This document shows, piece after piece, positions 1 to 13,245 of a stretch of DNA of 32,213 nt; within the stretch, counting starts at the first letter, position 1, and each line of letters starts with the position of its first letter. The stretch is from contig JAYWIR010000027.1 in the NCBI GenBank assembly GCA_036172245.1, forward strand, positions 2,976,001-3,008,213, in the 5' to 3' direction. Both the position numbers and the translations under genes were made by a program. The notes beneath the pieces are model-generated. The model saw nothing but the letters and a program-made list of their open reading frames with translations, made no database searches and had not been told where the DNA came from. This DNA comes from Raillietiella orientalis (Eukaryota).

Positions 1-215
1 GGGGTTGACCTCCTTCGGGGTGAACGGCTAGCTGCTCATGGACGTGGAGTTTGTCACTGACCGCTGGTTACTTGTCCCTCAGTATGAAACTCATGTGGCT
101 CTTATTTTTGATCACGGCGTTCTGTTTTTATGATTTGCCCGTCTTATGTATTTTCGTTGCTTTTTTCCCCTGTTCTCCAGCACTTTTCCTGTTCCTGAAT
201 ACCAAAAAAAAAAAA
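1..215 (+). mobile_element. Probable 3' end (T-rich 3' UTR + A12 tail) of a retroposed element, entering from outside the window
   Basis: T-rich non-coding stretch ending in an A12 run at 204-215. It abuts exactly where the minus-strand WDFY3-like reading (…PTYRFLEKHTLSSEIDL) stops. The 5' end and TSD lie outside the window. Confidence 0.4.
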
Positions 216-3200
216 CAAATCAATTTCCGAGGAAAGCGTGTGCTTTTCCAGGAACCGATATGTTGGTTTTGTCGCAGTGAAAATGGTTTTGTACTCATTG
301 AAGTGCAAGCGAAATGAAATGTTGCCAAACACCTCTAGATCAGCTACTGCTTTTCCTCTGGAAACACTAAGCGCAATTCGCTGATTTCCTACATCTGGCA
401 TGAAGTAATTTCCAGTTGGATAGCTGATTCCCTTGGTAACATTGAAAAATTGGAACATTCCATTGGAAAGTGCTTTTCACCACTTCGCTTTTCAAGAGGA
501 ATCCATTGCCTGGCAGGCATGAAACATGGGTACTTTCCACTCCATCACTCAAGGAAAAGGAAATTAGGAACAGTCAGAGTCCTCACAAATTCGGTAAAAT
601 AAGAGAAACGAAGAAGCTCTGTATTTGCACTCCTAAACTTATCCAGAGCTGTCCTTCTCGCTGTCCTTCCCAATCACACAGTAGAGAGAAATTTGTTTTC
701 GCAGAGTGGTGAAGCTGTTTCATTGCCAAGGATGAATTGCTTGCTAATCTAAGAATTCCATCTGCCTGCGAGGGTCCGCTGCTAGTGAGCAATTATGGCA
801 CTACGAATTTCTCCAAATCGACCACCCTGCACGTCCTAAAAACCTCAGTGAATTCAATATGGTGTGGGTCAAGAAATCAAAAGACCCTTATTCCTGAATT
901 CGCAATCGCACTTTCAAATAGGTCTCAAATCTGCCTGGAAAACCTCAGTGTACTCTGGTCACCAGACAGTGTAAATGATCATAATCATACTCGTCCACAT
1001 CAATCTGCATCATCGAGCAGGCCTCAGCCAAAGTAGCGGAGTCGCCGCTGGAGTAGGTGCCGCTCGGTTGCCGGGGCACTGGTGCAACAAAACGATAGCT
1101 CGTATTCGCCCTATTTCGCAGGAACAGCGGAAGAAAACCTCAAGTTTTCATGATTCTTATCTTCTCCAGTCTTCTTCGATCATCTGAGATCTGTGAGTGA
1201 AATTCCTTCTTAGGAACAATGGCTACCAAAAAAGTGCAAACAGCCGATATTGCGATATTGCTGTTCTTGTAGAGTCCATTCTATCCACGAATACCAGATC
1301 CATTCTTTCCGCAAAATTTGAGCGCTTCGTTCCATTTACCTATGGCGATGAGTCATAGTTGCCATAGAGTCTGGCATGCCCTCCCCTTAACAGATGGAAA
1401 GCTTTCCTGCGTCAACCTCACACTGCTTAACCTGGAGCGCATCATGCAGTCATAGTCCCTGTCCAGACATGGACTTCTACCCGATTCTTCTATTTTTCGA
1501 GTAACAGAAACGACGTCTGTTATGTAGCTGTATTTTCTAAATATCCCACCGGATGGCTTGAAAAGAGGTGGCACCTGTGGAACTGCACCTGTGAATCCCT
1601 CATCTTCGATCGCTTCCGCAATCAAAACTCGAAGAACAAAAGCGCTGTTAGAAGAAGAGCATTAGCTAGGCAGTGTGCAAGACGCTGCTTACTCACGGAT
1701 ACTACAGAGGAGGAGTCCCAAAGGGTGTGCCAAACCCCTCGACTTGCACTGTGGTCAACTTCGGACGTACTGTCCTTGATATCCTTTGATTCGATGTGAC
1801 AAAGTTCTCGGTGGATGCCGTGGTCTGCCATCCGACCAATACACCTGAGATTCATCCTCTTTGTCCACACTTTTTCCTTGAGACTGCTGAAATACATCGT
1901 CCACTGTTTTGAGAGCAAACATTCTTCCTAAAGACATATTCGCAGTAGAGTCATTTTCCGGTAGTCGCACAACTACCACTCACATGACTGTCTACAGCCA
2001 GCCTCGTTCTGAATTGTTCGTGCTCCACGAATTCGCTCTTGGCTTTGAGAACTCTTATCATGGTTTTCAAATGCTGAAAATCACGGTCCCGGTATCCTTG
2101 GTCTATCGCGTGACCCAGCAGCTCCATCCATACCCCGTTCTCCTTCGCGAGTATGTAGTTTTTAATCTGAATTGAAATCACCTGCAACAATCGGAAAGGT
2201 GCAGTAAACATTGCTGTTCAAGAGCTCCGGTCGGTGTTTGGTGTTCAATCGGTTGCACGCTTCTTCCAAGCAGCCGCTACCGCATTCCCGCCCCGAAGTC
2301 ATCGCACCACCGAAACTACGCACAAGCAAGAATCCTTTTCGATCCTTAGTGCATGTCTGCGTAAATAGCCTCATTCTTTTTGATCCAGCCTGTGATGATG
2401 CTTTGGGCTTAGGTTCCATTTGGGTAGCCTAATATGCTCTTTGACAATGGATCCTGTTATCTAGAGCTGTATTGGTATCCCTCTTCCTCCCTTTACATGC
2501 AATACGTCTCTCGTGCGCTCGTACCGACCAACGGTTGACATTGCGCTCACGTCAGGCGCTTCCCGGGCCAACGTTCTCTCGGCGGGGGTTACTTCTAACG
2601 TGACTCGGAAGCCAGAAGGGCTGTTCCGCACGAAGATTGCTTCTTCCACTTAGAAGTCTTGATCATGGAGAGCGTTCCTTTAGGAATTGCACCTCACAAG
2701 CAGCTAATGGCGACGCGGACCTATTGTCAAGTATTTCGTCTTCAAGAAGAGACGATACCAGTCCTTTGTTTTCTCAAGAGATTCCTTACCAGAAGGTATG
2801 GGATGCGCAATACCCATAAAGTCACGACGTTCGGTGACTTCTGGATGCATCACATCCGATATGGTTTTCGTATGGCAACGAACTGGTAAGCTACCTTTAG
2901 GGTCACTGCGAAGATCATCAAATGTATCATGGTCTTCTGGGGCAGTAGTCAGCGAGATCAATTCCATTCTTATAATCTGCGGCTGCTTTAACCAGCAAGA
3001 GCAAGCAAACTGGCCAATGACCCAAAAGTTCATTGTTGCCAAGACTACTTCGTCATGTGTTCTGATCGAGCATTTTCTTCTCGAAAGTTGTTCTTTTCGA
3101 ATGTTCCTACTGCCACTTCCTCCAACCGATAATCCTCTTGTATTCAGGGAACAACGGAGTGGATCTGGCAGCACGGTTACTGCCTTTCATGATTATGCTC

Positions 3201-6200
3201 CGGATGAGCACTCTTCCTCATAGCGTGTTGAATCTGGGCAACAAACGTGGCTCTACAATTTTCGCTATCGCTCTTTAAACATTCCTGCTCCCTTTCCACC
3301 TGAGGTCGAAGCAGTCACTTCGAAGCGGAATCGAAGAGGAGGGAGGGTCAACATCCTTACTCAACATCATGTTGATTCCGAAAGTTGTTTGTCTATCGAT
3401 GTTGCAATTCCGACGTGACGAGACTGTCATTTCTTTCACTTTGCCCTGACTAGCTCTCCATAACCTCTCGCAGTCGAACGAGCCTCCATATCGGTGTACC
3501 CTACAGCAAGAGTTGTGCGGGATGATGGACCATGTGCTTCCTCGTGCAGCCAGAGTAAACACCCGAAAGATGCAATCTTTTTTCTCCGTCGTGACTGAAA
3601 CACCAATCTCTTGAGGTCGTGATCGAGTCGTTCGAAGGATTGGTTCCGACCACGCCATTTTGCTAGTTCGGAGGGTGCTTGAAGCGGCTCTGATCCAGCC
3701 GCGTAGAGCAAGAGCGTTGCTCAACCAAGGAGAACCGGAAAACTTTGTAAGAGTAACTTGAAACCACTGAAAAGCGCGGACATGAAGATAAGGAGCCCAC
3801 CAAGGAGAAAAAACAACACCTCAGCACTCCAGCCGGACAAGAATGTCCACATCTCACGAAATTGACACGCGAGTTCGCAAGTTCTTACACTGAGCACAAA
3901 CCTTTTCCTCCGTGGTCAGTAGGTGCTGCTGCTCGTGAAGATCAGTGTCTTTACCGAATGCCTCTAGTTGGGTGTACATGAGATACAGTAGAGAGAATAC
4001 CAGCTCTCCAAGACGCACTGATTTCACGTTGTGAGTCTTTGCGCATTGAGCACACTGCTTTTCATCTACATGGAGGCAAACTTAGTGTTTGGTGATCCGT
4101 TTCCAACGTGCAGTGTCCCATGCAAAGGAGCTTCATTGAAAGCCCCTCTGAATGGAACTGCTTCTGACGTTTCAAACATCGTGGTGCAAACTCCTTACCT
4201 ATTAGGAACCCATAATGGCTCCTGCTCTCCTCTTTCCAAATCAAACACATGCATTTCAAGATGCACATGCCGTTCCTTCCTCTCCACCACAACAGCTGCC
4301 TGCACACTTTTTCAGCGCAAAGCAGAAGTACTTTGAAAATGGCGATTTGAAAAACCAGCTGCGACACTGAGCTTGCTAAAGAATCCTTACGACACGAACG
4401 TAAAAAACATGCGAGCGAGTCGGTAGCTACCTGTAGAATATCTAACAGGGTAGTGGGTCCCTCATTTTTCGCAAAGTACTCCTCGCATGAGGATTGACCA
4501 ATGATGCAATTTTTAATGGTTTCCAGCAAAGCCAGTAGCAGTCTGAAACAGTGCTGGCAATTGACTTTGCTTGTCTCGGCGGCCCTTGACTCGGGGTCGG
4601 AATGTAACTCCGCAACGAGCGCTTGATTCAAGTGAGCAGATCACATGTGCCTGTTCCTGGCTTACCTTTCTGAAAACAAAATGGGAAATTCTTTATCCCT
4701 CACGTTCTTCAGTTTGCTGATGACAAAATTTAGCTCCTTGGGCGACAAACTGTGTCTGGCGTCCTCGTTCTTATGGAAAAGCGTGGAAAGAATGAGCAGG
4801 GCGTAAATCGATACTTCTGTCGTGAATTCATCCATGTTCAGGGAGCTCACGTCACCCAAAATCACTGGAAAGTATCGAAGGTCCGTAAGGATTTTTCGCC
4901 AGAAAATTCATCTTTTTAAGCTTCGCGTACCACGTGCAGCACTGTGCGTTGCGCTCTCCACGTCTTCCGTCGCACGCGTTAGGCCCCAACCCTACCAATT
5001 TGCCCATCACCCTTTTCCTGCTTCGTGTGAAACGCACGTATGCATCGTACAAGCTTGCACGAAATTTCCTCAGCTTCTAGCCAAACTATCCGTGGCGGCA
5101 TCGTAAGGAGGTACTCACTTCTTATCACATGAACTGCGTCATTTTCTCTCAGTGCCTGTTGGATAGCGTCACTGGAATTCAAGCAAGTAATAGCAAACAG
5201 GCATTTGATGCAGGCTTTGAATTTCCTCCTGTCATACATCTGCATCGCATCCTTCCAGCTGCGCGCGCACTTCAGGGTGCTTTGTGAGAGACCGTTTCGC
5301 TTTTCATGCTAATTCAACTCATTCACAAAGTTACTTGATGACTCCTTCGCATGAGACAAACGCATGGTCGAATTTCGCTGCCAGAAAATACAAAACTTTA
5401 TATGCTTGAACTGCAAGCTCTGCTTGGAAGAAAAGCCATCTGGAACTTTGGGTTCTCCACTCCGCACTCGGTGCGATGAAGCTGCATAATTTAGACATCA
5501 CGTGACTAGGAACGACCTACGAATATATTGTCCGTAGGCACAAGAGACCGAATTCTGATTCACCTCACCTTGAGGCACTGTGGGAAACGAGCGACCTCTA
5601 CCAGTAAATTTAGCAGTGACTTCAGGAACTCGAAGTCAAGAGAGTTTTCCAGAATTGTGCCCATTCTGTTGGGAGGACTTTTCCGGAAATCGAGGCGGCA
5701 GAAGAAGTCAAGGGTCTCTACGCATACGGTTTCTATGTTGGGCTTGGTACGAGCGTCCTCCTACCTTGCAGGAACCTACTTTCTTCCAAAGGGATGCAGT
5801 AGTGGAATGGGAGCAGAGATATGAGCATAAGTACGAAGTCATTGCGTAATTCTCTTTTCTGTTGTGTGTTGGGGAAGCGTGAGACCTGCCAAAAGGCTTC
5901 TTTCAAATTGCTGGAAAGCAAACCTTCTGGCACTTTGTCTCCATCATCTGCGACTCTCACCATAAGCACCGTACATCGGACAGATATTTAGCGGCGGAAA
6001 TGGAATCGAGATTCCAGAAAACCTTTTGCAAGAAATGAACGCTGAGGTGCAATGCGAAATGTTCGGCTTCGTAGCACTTTAGATTGTGACAGACTGCGGG
6101 AGTCGCGCCCTCTAAAAACTTGCCTGATGAAAAGCAGGACCGTTCTTTGGAGGACGCCCTCGGAAATTACGAGGATACCTACAACTATCTTCGCAGTTGT

Positions 6201-7525
6201 CAACAAGAAACACCGCTATTTCCAGGAGTTGCATGAATATGCGATGGCCAAGTGAGGAGTTCAGAACTGCGACAAGGATCGTGGGTAAGTTGCTCTGCAG
6301 ACAGCACTGGATGACGGTCTGCATTTTCAGTCCGTCTGCTGATCTGACACCAGGGTGTCCATATAAAGCTTGAAGTAATATAAAAGTCGCCAAAACTTGG
6401 AACTTGGAGTTCTTCAAACACAGCAGCTGACCTGCAGATGAGAGGCCGTGAGCAGAAGAGCATCGAGAAGTCTCCTTGCTTCGGAGGTCGCTTCAATCAA
6501 GAGCTAATATTCGAAACCCAAAATCGAAAGATAAGACACATCTTCGGGTATAGTTTGTGAGTAAAATGCACCGTGGAGAAATACACTTGGCTGAACACGG
6601 AAAAAATGTAGGCAATGCGCAGTACAGGATGAGCAACCGGATTATGTAAGACGAATCTTCAAGTCACTGTGTTTGTTTCCATGTTCCGTGCTACGCAACG
6701 TAATGGAGTGTTTACGAACTCTTTTTTACGAGGTGCACCTCCGTCGAAGAATGTTTCCGTGGAAACTCGTCCCGAAGATGAACGGTACAAAGTCTGACAT
6801 CATGCCAGGACACGCTGACCTTGAAGCAACAAAGCAGCATCCCCATTCCGAGGAAAATCAATCGAGGGATCAAATTCTGCAGCTTGCATCGAAATCTGCA
6901 AGAACTGACACAGAGATTCTCAATTGTCCTTTTCGGGGAAGGGACTCAGCGAAACTTGAACTAGGAAGAGATGCCTTCGAAGCGATGCCCCATGTGACTT
7001 CCGCACGCAGATTTGCTGCTCCTCGAGTGACTACGACTACAGCGACACCAATGTGCACAGCTGCCGCTTTGAATGAGTTTCTGCGCAGCATGCCGAGCGA
7101 ACCAGAAGCTCTGGAAGCTTTGCGAGCCGGCTGTTTCCCTGCGCCGGAGTTGACGACCCCAAAGGTTTTTCGCGGGATCGCGATTCAGGATATGACCTTG
7201 AGCTGCATGCTCATTGCACTGTTTGAAACGTAGATCGCTTCTTCTAGTTTGTAACGTGCACCTTTGCATCTTTGCCCCAAACCTAACCGCTACACTTGAA
7301 GCATTTGTTGTCTTAACAGTAATTTCACGTACCAATCTTGGAAAAGAACTGGATTACATTTCCTTCTTCAGCGGATCGACTCCCTATCAAAGGATTTTTA
7401 AATACTTCTAAGAAACGAATGGCAGCGCTTTCATACTCATTTTGAATTTCTGACTTCTCACAAAGAAGAACCGCAATTTCTGTTATCTGTGGCAGATACA
7501 TCCAGTGCTGAGGATTGCATTGCAT
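216..7525 (-). pseudogene. WDFY3: Diverged WDFY3/ALFY/blue cheese-like BEACH-family gene (N-terminal ARM-like region, ConA-like region, PH domain); multi-exon, probably pseudogenised; BEACH/WD40 not in window
   Basis: Minus-strand peptides are colinear with recalled WDFY3 blocks: LCEKSEIQNEYESAAIRFLEVFKN…NVIQF and LVREITVKTTNASSV (~7290-7500; cf. MVTEIRRRASNKST); SADGLKMQTVIQCCLQSNLPTILV (~6280-6345; cf. SRHGLSVNVVKYIH); SKVNCQHCFRLLLALLETIKNCIIGQSSCEEYFAKNEGPTTLLDILQ (~4435-4575; cf. EKVNQNQVFELLHTVFCTL…FFKTEIQYEKLADAV); RQKQFHSEGLSMKLLCMGHCTLETDHQTLSLPP (~4070-4170; cf. RNQQVMCEAGLHARLL…DEDHSLHPP); FRTCRVVDLEKF/DGILRL (~745-840; cf. YRCARVQGLD…EGLLL of the PH domain). Many GTRAG donors and YAG acceptors flank these blocks. 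Apparent frameshift at ~7336-7350 and probable in-frame TGA at 877-879. Confidence 0.65.
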
Positions 7526-7649
7526 TAGTTTATCAGTTCGACAGCAGAAGCAGCAAAAGTGTTGCAAAAGCGTGCAAGCAAGACTGAATTTCGACAAATC
7601 AGGATGAGGATATATGCGGACGTGTGGACCACGCTGCATCATCTTCCCT

Positions 7650-7680
7650 GTTTCGAAGGAGCTGTTCGCTCCTTCGAAAC
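7650..7680. repeat. Perfect inverted repeat, 13-bp arms, 5-nt loop
   Basis: GTTTCGAAGGAGC (7650-7662) / GCTCCTTCGAAAC (7668-7680). Confidence 0.95.
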
Positions 7681-8393
7681 TGCTCTTTCCCGTAGCGGTA
7701 TTCGCACACGGCAGTCGACATTGCATTGCCTTCTAGAGAAGACGGATGTTTCGCTACTTTATCTTCCGTCGAAGAACACTTCAGTTATGCTGAACATAAC
7801 GAGATACTGCAGCTGCCGTTTTCTCCATTAGCTGCAGTTCAGGAAAACGAGTGATCCACTTCAATTACGGATCGCAATCGCCGACTTTTTTCTAAGAAAA
7901 GCGCGAAATTGATCAGCTCCGGATTTGTGGCTTACACGTGAGAACCTGACGATCATTTGTCACGCTATTGAAGGATCCAACCAAAGGCAATCACGGTGCT
8001 TTCCACTCCGGTTACTGTGAGTTACTGAACGCATGATTTCTTGAAAGCACTTGAAGACCTCGGAAAATCATCTGGTTATCATTCGCAGCATCATTCGAGC
8101 AATGCTTCGTTCATACGCTTGTCTTGGAGTGCATACGTTCGTGAAGGGCTTTCTTATATGTTTGCGACTCAGAGAGGACACTGTCCTATTATTGCACGTC
8201 ATCGTGACCTATCGACCATTTTGAAAGGTGCCTTATATATCGGACTTGATCTTTCTTTTAACGAACACTCAAAAACTCAAAGTAACGGACACTAAACTCA
8301 TGTAGTTGTCAACATAAACATTATTTATAAACCTTCCGAGTCATCATTCTTGTTTTTAAAGAAAGGACATTCTAGCGTTCTCGAATCTGCGTG

Positions 8394-8600
8394 TTTTTTT
8401 TTTTTTTTTTTGCATTCCTTGACCCAAATTCGCCCACAATATCCAATTCAATAAAGGATTACATACTATTCCATCTGGGAAGCAGGTCGATATTTCGTGA
8501 ACACTGAGGAGGTTTCTGGATCTCAAGGCATCTTGCTCTCTCCTCACGCGAAGAAACTGCACCGCATCCTCCAGTTTGGTTTTCAGAATCTCAAAGTCAC
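8394..8600 (-). mobile_element. Possible 3' end of a retroposed element with an A18 tail
   Basis: T18 at 8394-8411 (poly-A on minus), preceded on minus by a short UTR-like segment. No TSD identified. Confidence 0.35.
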
Positions 8601-9080
8601 TCGCTGGAGGCATGGAGGGGCCATCCATGGCACGCTGCAGGCAATACGATGGCGTGTGGAACAGCGGAACAATCGGACGCCAGGTCGCCGCCGATTGTTG
8701 CAGCGCCACACCCACGCGTGCGCCTGGTGGACGCTCGCTCCCTTAGCTCGAGCTCAGGAAACCACCGGAAGCATTCCGCCACACCCCGGCCCAACCCTGC
8801 ATGCCCACCTGGGATGGAACGAGGCTGCCGGGCTTCCGGATGGCATCAAGTCCTTCTCGGTGGGATGAAGAAAAGTAGTCTTCACGGTGGCGTGATGGCA
8901 TGGAGTCTCTCTCTCCATTTTCGCCAGCCGTGGGGGAAACTTCTGACCGCTTTATGACGACGATGGCTTTTGCAGGTCACGACCGACAAGCAGTCCGATT
9001 TCAGTACTCTCGGTACGGGCGTGTCGCAATTGCACAGCCGGCATAATGCAAGAATAAGAACCTTTGGGATCCCTGGATTC
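8600..9080 (-). mobile_element. Degenerate L1/Tx1-type ORF1 remnant
   Basis: Minus translation …SFHPRWACRVGPGCGGMLP… resembles …KFQWACRITVREAGGLP… of the ORF1 remnant at 17300. It is followed by broken knuckle-like pieces (RCNN…, GDLASDCS, RCSTRHRI). Confidence 0.45.
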
Positions 9081-9516
9081 CGCGCATCTTCAAACCAAAC
9101 TAAGAAACAACCAAGGGTGTGCTTTCTCAAATCGGACGACATGATAGAAACTCCAAGTCCCTAAAATTGCCTTCAAAAGGTTCGACAGAACGACCAGAAA
9201 AAGAATGAATTTCCAGCAAAAAGGCACATTTCTCGTTGACATGCAATGCCCTGCAATGCAAAGCCTTTTTTTTAAAAAGAAAAAAACGCATCGGACGTTT
9301 TCGTTTGCTCACATCTTTTGTTTGTCTCCGCCCCATCCTGGGAACTGATCTTGAATCTTCCAACAGTTTCGTTCCTTCGAGAGAGTTCTCCAGTCTGAAC
9401 TCCGGGACAGTGCACTTACACCTGGCATGATGGCTCATGCGATGTTGTGCTCATATGAACAGTCTGGCCATGGTCTAAAACAGAGAAGGCATTTGAGAAC
9501 CGGATGCTCAGCCAGA

Positions 9517-10357
9517 TTTGCACCCGGTGACACTGGACGTTTACTGCACAAAAACAAAAGAAACTTACAATTAGGGAAATCAACTGTCGAAACGGCGATT
9601 TCCTTAGACAAAAGTCCAAAGGAAGTTCGAGGGGAGGGTTCACCGACACGCCCAATCGGTTTCCTGAACGTCCGGAGCGGGGGTATGGGGACAAAAAACA
9701 AAAACAAAAATAGACTAGAGGACCGGGTCAGGATCTTTCGCATTTCCCGTTCCTTCATAAAACATCAGGGAAAGTCCGGAGCGGGCGGGAGTAAGCAGTG
9801 AACAATTGCATAAAAAGGAGGGCGATCCAAGGGTCACTGGCAATGTCCTTTCTTTTCTTTCAGAAGAGGCGCGGGATATCGGCGATCTCCTCCCTCACGT
9901 CCTCGTCTAGGTGGAGCCACCTGCCAGTCGCCCTCCTGTAGATAGCTGCAATGCTAGCAGCCTCTGTTTGCTGCGCCCGAGACTCCAGCAAGTGGCGGGC
10001 CGTAACGACTGCACGGATGCAACACGTCGTCGCTATCGCGGTGCAGGTCGTGGCTGCACCTCTTGCGAAGAATCGCTGCAGCAATTCCGTCGCAGTGCCT
10101 CCGGTATGCAGGAGTGCTGAGTTCAGCCTCCGCCAAAGTTCCTGGAGGACACTGCACTCCAACAACAACCTCAAGCAGTTCAAGGAGACAACGTTCCAGG
10201 AAAACCAGTTCCTTCGCTGGTTGAACTGGACACTCCAATGAGGAATCAGCAGGATATGTTGCTTCCATTTCAGCGGGAACACGCAAGTGTTTATCTACAG
10301 GGGAGGGACAACAGGTTCGCCGGAGGCCACTCCGAACAGCTCGCTCCATCGAAGCAG
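9517..10357 (-). mobile_element. 5'-truncated L1/Tx1-type LINE copy (ORF2 C-terminus + 3' UTR) with 12-bp TSD
   Basis: Direct repeat TGCTCAGCCAGA at 9505-9516 and 10358-10369. ORF end LKWKQHILLIPHWSVQFNQR…WRRLNSAL…FFARG is homologous to the 27430-28010 copy. The 3' UTR (9517-9710) is homologous to 16883-17075. Terminus on minus is AGTAAACGTCCAGTGTCACCGGGTGCAAA. Confidence 0.85.
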
Positions 10358-13245
10358 TGCTCAGCCAGAGGTGCTCGCACCCGTTCCCACAGAGGATCAC
10401 ACACTTTCATTCAATTCCAAAAATGCTCTTGATTGCCAGGAAATGACCACATAAGCTTTGAAGGGTAAATAATGAGATATTATTAAGATGGAAAATGCAT
10501 ATGCTCTAAAATCTTTCGATTATTCACTTGACCTTTGCAACAGACTTTCAACTCTTCGGAACATCATGTTCTCTTTGTTTTCTAATTGACACATTCCTGT
10601 CTATGCTCAAATGCAATGTTTTGTTCAGGTTATATCGTCAACAACCTTTCTTTTACTTTCTTTCTCAACACTGATAATGAAAAGCAATTTACCTTCAGAC
10701 AAATATCTGCTTCGAATCCTGAAAACAGAACACTGATTCAATTTTCTTTTTTAGAAATAGTTTTCCTTTAGCCTTTCGTTCAGGATGACAATATCAGGAA
10801 TCTCTCTTTTAGGAAGAGAAAAACTGAGACCCAAATAATTTTGAAGAAAAGACAAATGCATCTCTTTAAGTGCAGTTTTGCTCGTCAAACAGGATGTAGA
10901 AAAAAGGACCAAGTATTTCTACAGATGAGTGTCTCTTCTGCGTTTGGAAGCATTTTGTGCCCTCCTCTATGGACTTTTGTACCGTTCCAGAGTCTCCCAA
11001 CTTCTCCAGAGCCGAGCTATTGCGTTCCTTCTGAACTCCGTCCATGAAAAGAAGATGCCGAAGAGCTCAGTAGTTTTTACTAGGATTGAGATTGCAACTG
11101 GCGCTACGATGAATGCCCATGCACACAAAACGGAGAATTCATTCGTTTTGATGTTCATCTTGAGGCACATCTGAGGGACTGTGCTCCACTGATTCGTAGA
11201 AAAAGATGAGGATTCTGAGTAAAAGAAATTGAGCAATAATTCCGTTGTTCCTAATCCCGACGATTTCTAGTTATTAGAAACTGAAGGTGAATTCGTGTCT
11301 GATTAGCATCAAATATGAATTTCGTGTTTAACTCCTGCAAATTAAAGTCGATAAGTTTTTAAAATGAAATCAGATTTTCTAATAAAAGTAGTCGGAAGTC
11401 TGTTGCATTTGTATTATCCTGAAAGCTCAATGCAACAGATTCCAAATTAGAAGATAAAAATTTTAGAAAGCATGAAAAGGATTTTCATCCCATCCTTCTC
11501 TTTTGTTTAGCAGTTATGGCAACAGAATGATCATTTGTCCAGAAACTTTATAGCTTTTTATAGAAAATAAGTACTTGGCACCAATTACGAATCGGCGAGT
11601 TTTCAGAAATTCCATCATTTTCCTGAATGAACATAAAGCTAATCCTAGGGCAAAGTTGTCATCCAAGTAGTCCGACAAGGGTTTAAGAGTCAAACCACTT
11701 AGCAAGAGTGAAATTCATCTGAATCAATAAAACTCAGTCTGTTCATGGAAATGATGAACAGTAAAAAAAACATAAAGCACTATAGAACTGGGATGCAAGA
11801 GATTTGTAAATTCCTTCCCACAAGGCGTTTAGGTGTCGTGCAAGCTAATGCAAGCCATCCGGATTCTACGCTCACAACCAACTGATCATTAGTTTTGTCT
11901 CACACGGACAAGTGCAATGTAACTAAAAAAAATATGGGGAGGCTCGACTAACTATCCAAATGGAACCGAAAAGAGATACGCAGTGTGATGCGACTGGATT
12001 AATTCTACCAGGAATGCAAGCACGTCGGCCGTCTGAGGATTGCAACGGAAATCTTTCCTCATATAAAGTCTGTTGGAACCAATCTAATGATTCTGTCAGC
12101 GGAATGGTCACGCACTCAGTGAAGGCTTTGGAACTCCTACCCGTTTGATGTCGTTTTCAATGTGCTTATTTTTTCCTTAATTAGAATGATGTCCTGACAT
12201 CCTATTCAAAGGGAATATCGTCATCCTCGAATGTCAAAATTTTCCGCTTGCCAGTTCATTCAATGCCTTTTAAGGAGTTTGAATGCTAAACCAAGCATCT
12301 TTCAGGCATCCTGAAGCACTGGTATAGCAAGCTGGGAATCCGCGATTCCTTATGTTCTTGTCAACATAATTCAAAAAAAGGAAACTTCTTCAAATGATTA
12401 GCATGAAATTTGTGAAAATGATTTTTCTACTAGGGCTATTCTATTTGAAGGCATGGCAATAGAAATAAAAAATGATAACTTCCCATCGGTGTTGTCAAAT
12501 ATCATGAAAACTGAACCTTAGCCCAACTGAGATCAGGTCCTTTCACTGCTTCCTGCTGCTTTGTCTCAGAGTGAACAGATGTTTTCTGTTTTCCCTTGCA
12601 CTGCAGATTGCTCATGGATTTTCAGAAATGGAGCACATTGTTATCATGTGTATCGTTTGAATCACTGCAATTCATACGTTAGCACAAAATGATTCTCTAA
12701 AACAAGGTATTTGGCTTATTACTTCAAGCAGCTCGCCGAACTTTCATTTAAGTAGGTATCTCTAGCAATAATCATCTGATGAGAAGATACTTTCATTTAA
12801 GGAACTTGAGATCCCTCCCTCGAAATTGGAAAGATCAGTGGTTGCATTAGGGATGTTTTCTTTCCTTTGTCTTTTCTCAATCGCACACCCAGACACAGCA
12901 CTGGACTGTTTCGCAACCAGTTTTTCAAGACATTTTAGAGCTTCTTATACGTTCAAGTCATCTCCAAATCCAGTTGTTTTAGCAGTCCAGAAAAAAGAAT
13001 CAATAGCACACAGCCGAGTAGGTACTAAGAAAGCCTGTGCTTGAAGCCTCGACTGTTCAGCTGGAGCTGCTGCTGATTTCGTGGAGGCATCTGCCCAGTG
13101 AGGAATTACCTGGAGAACTTCTGGCCTCCCTGAGATTTTTCCTGACTTGGCTGCTCCGACAGAAGCGCAAGGAAGACGCAGGCAAACGTTGCAAGGAACG
13201 CAGTCGAGTGGTGTGGAATTAGACTGTGTGCAGAAATTGAATGCT

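Noticed and set aside
6673..7233. 186-aa plus-strand ORF
   Set aside because: Antisense to the WDFY3-like exons, starts at a non-ATG codon, no recognisable motif.
216..7525. Alternative genetic code or stop readthrough to explain in-frame stops
   Set aside because: Stops are of mixed types and come with frameshifts. Decay or short introns explain them, and IER3IP1 uses a normal stop.
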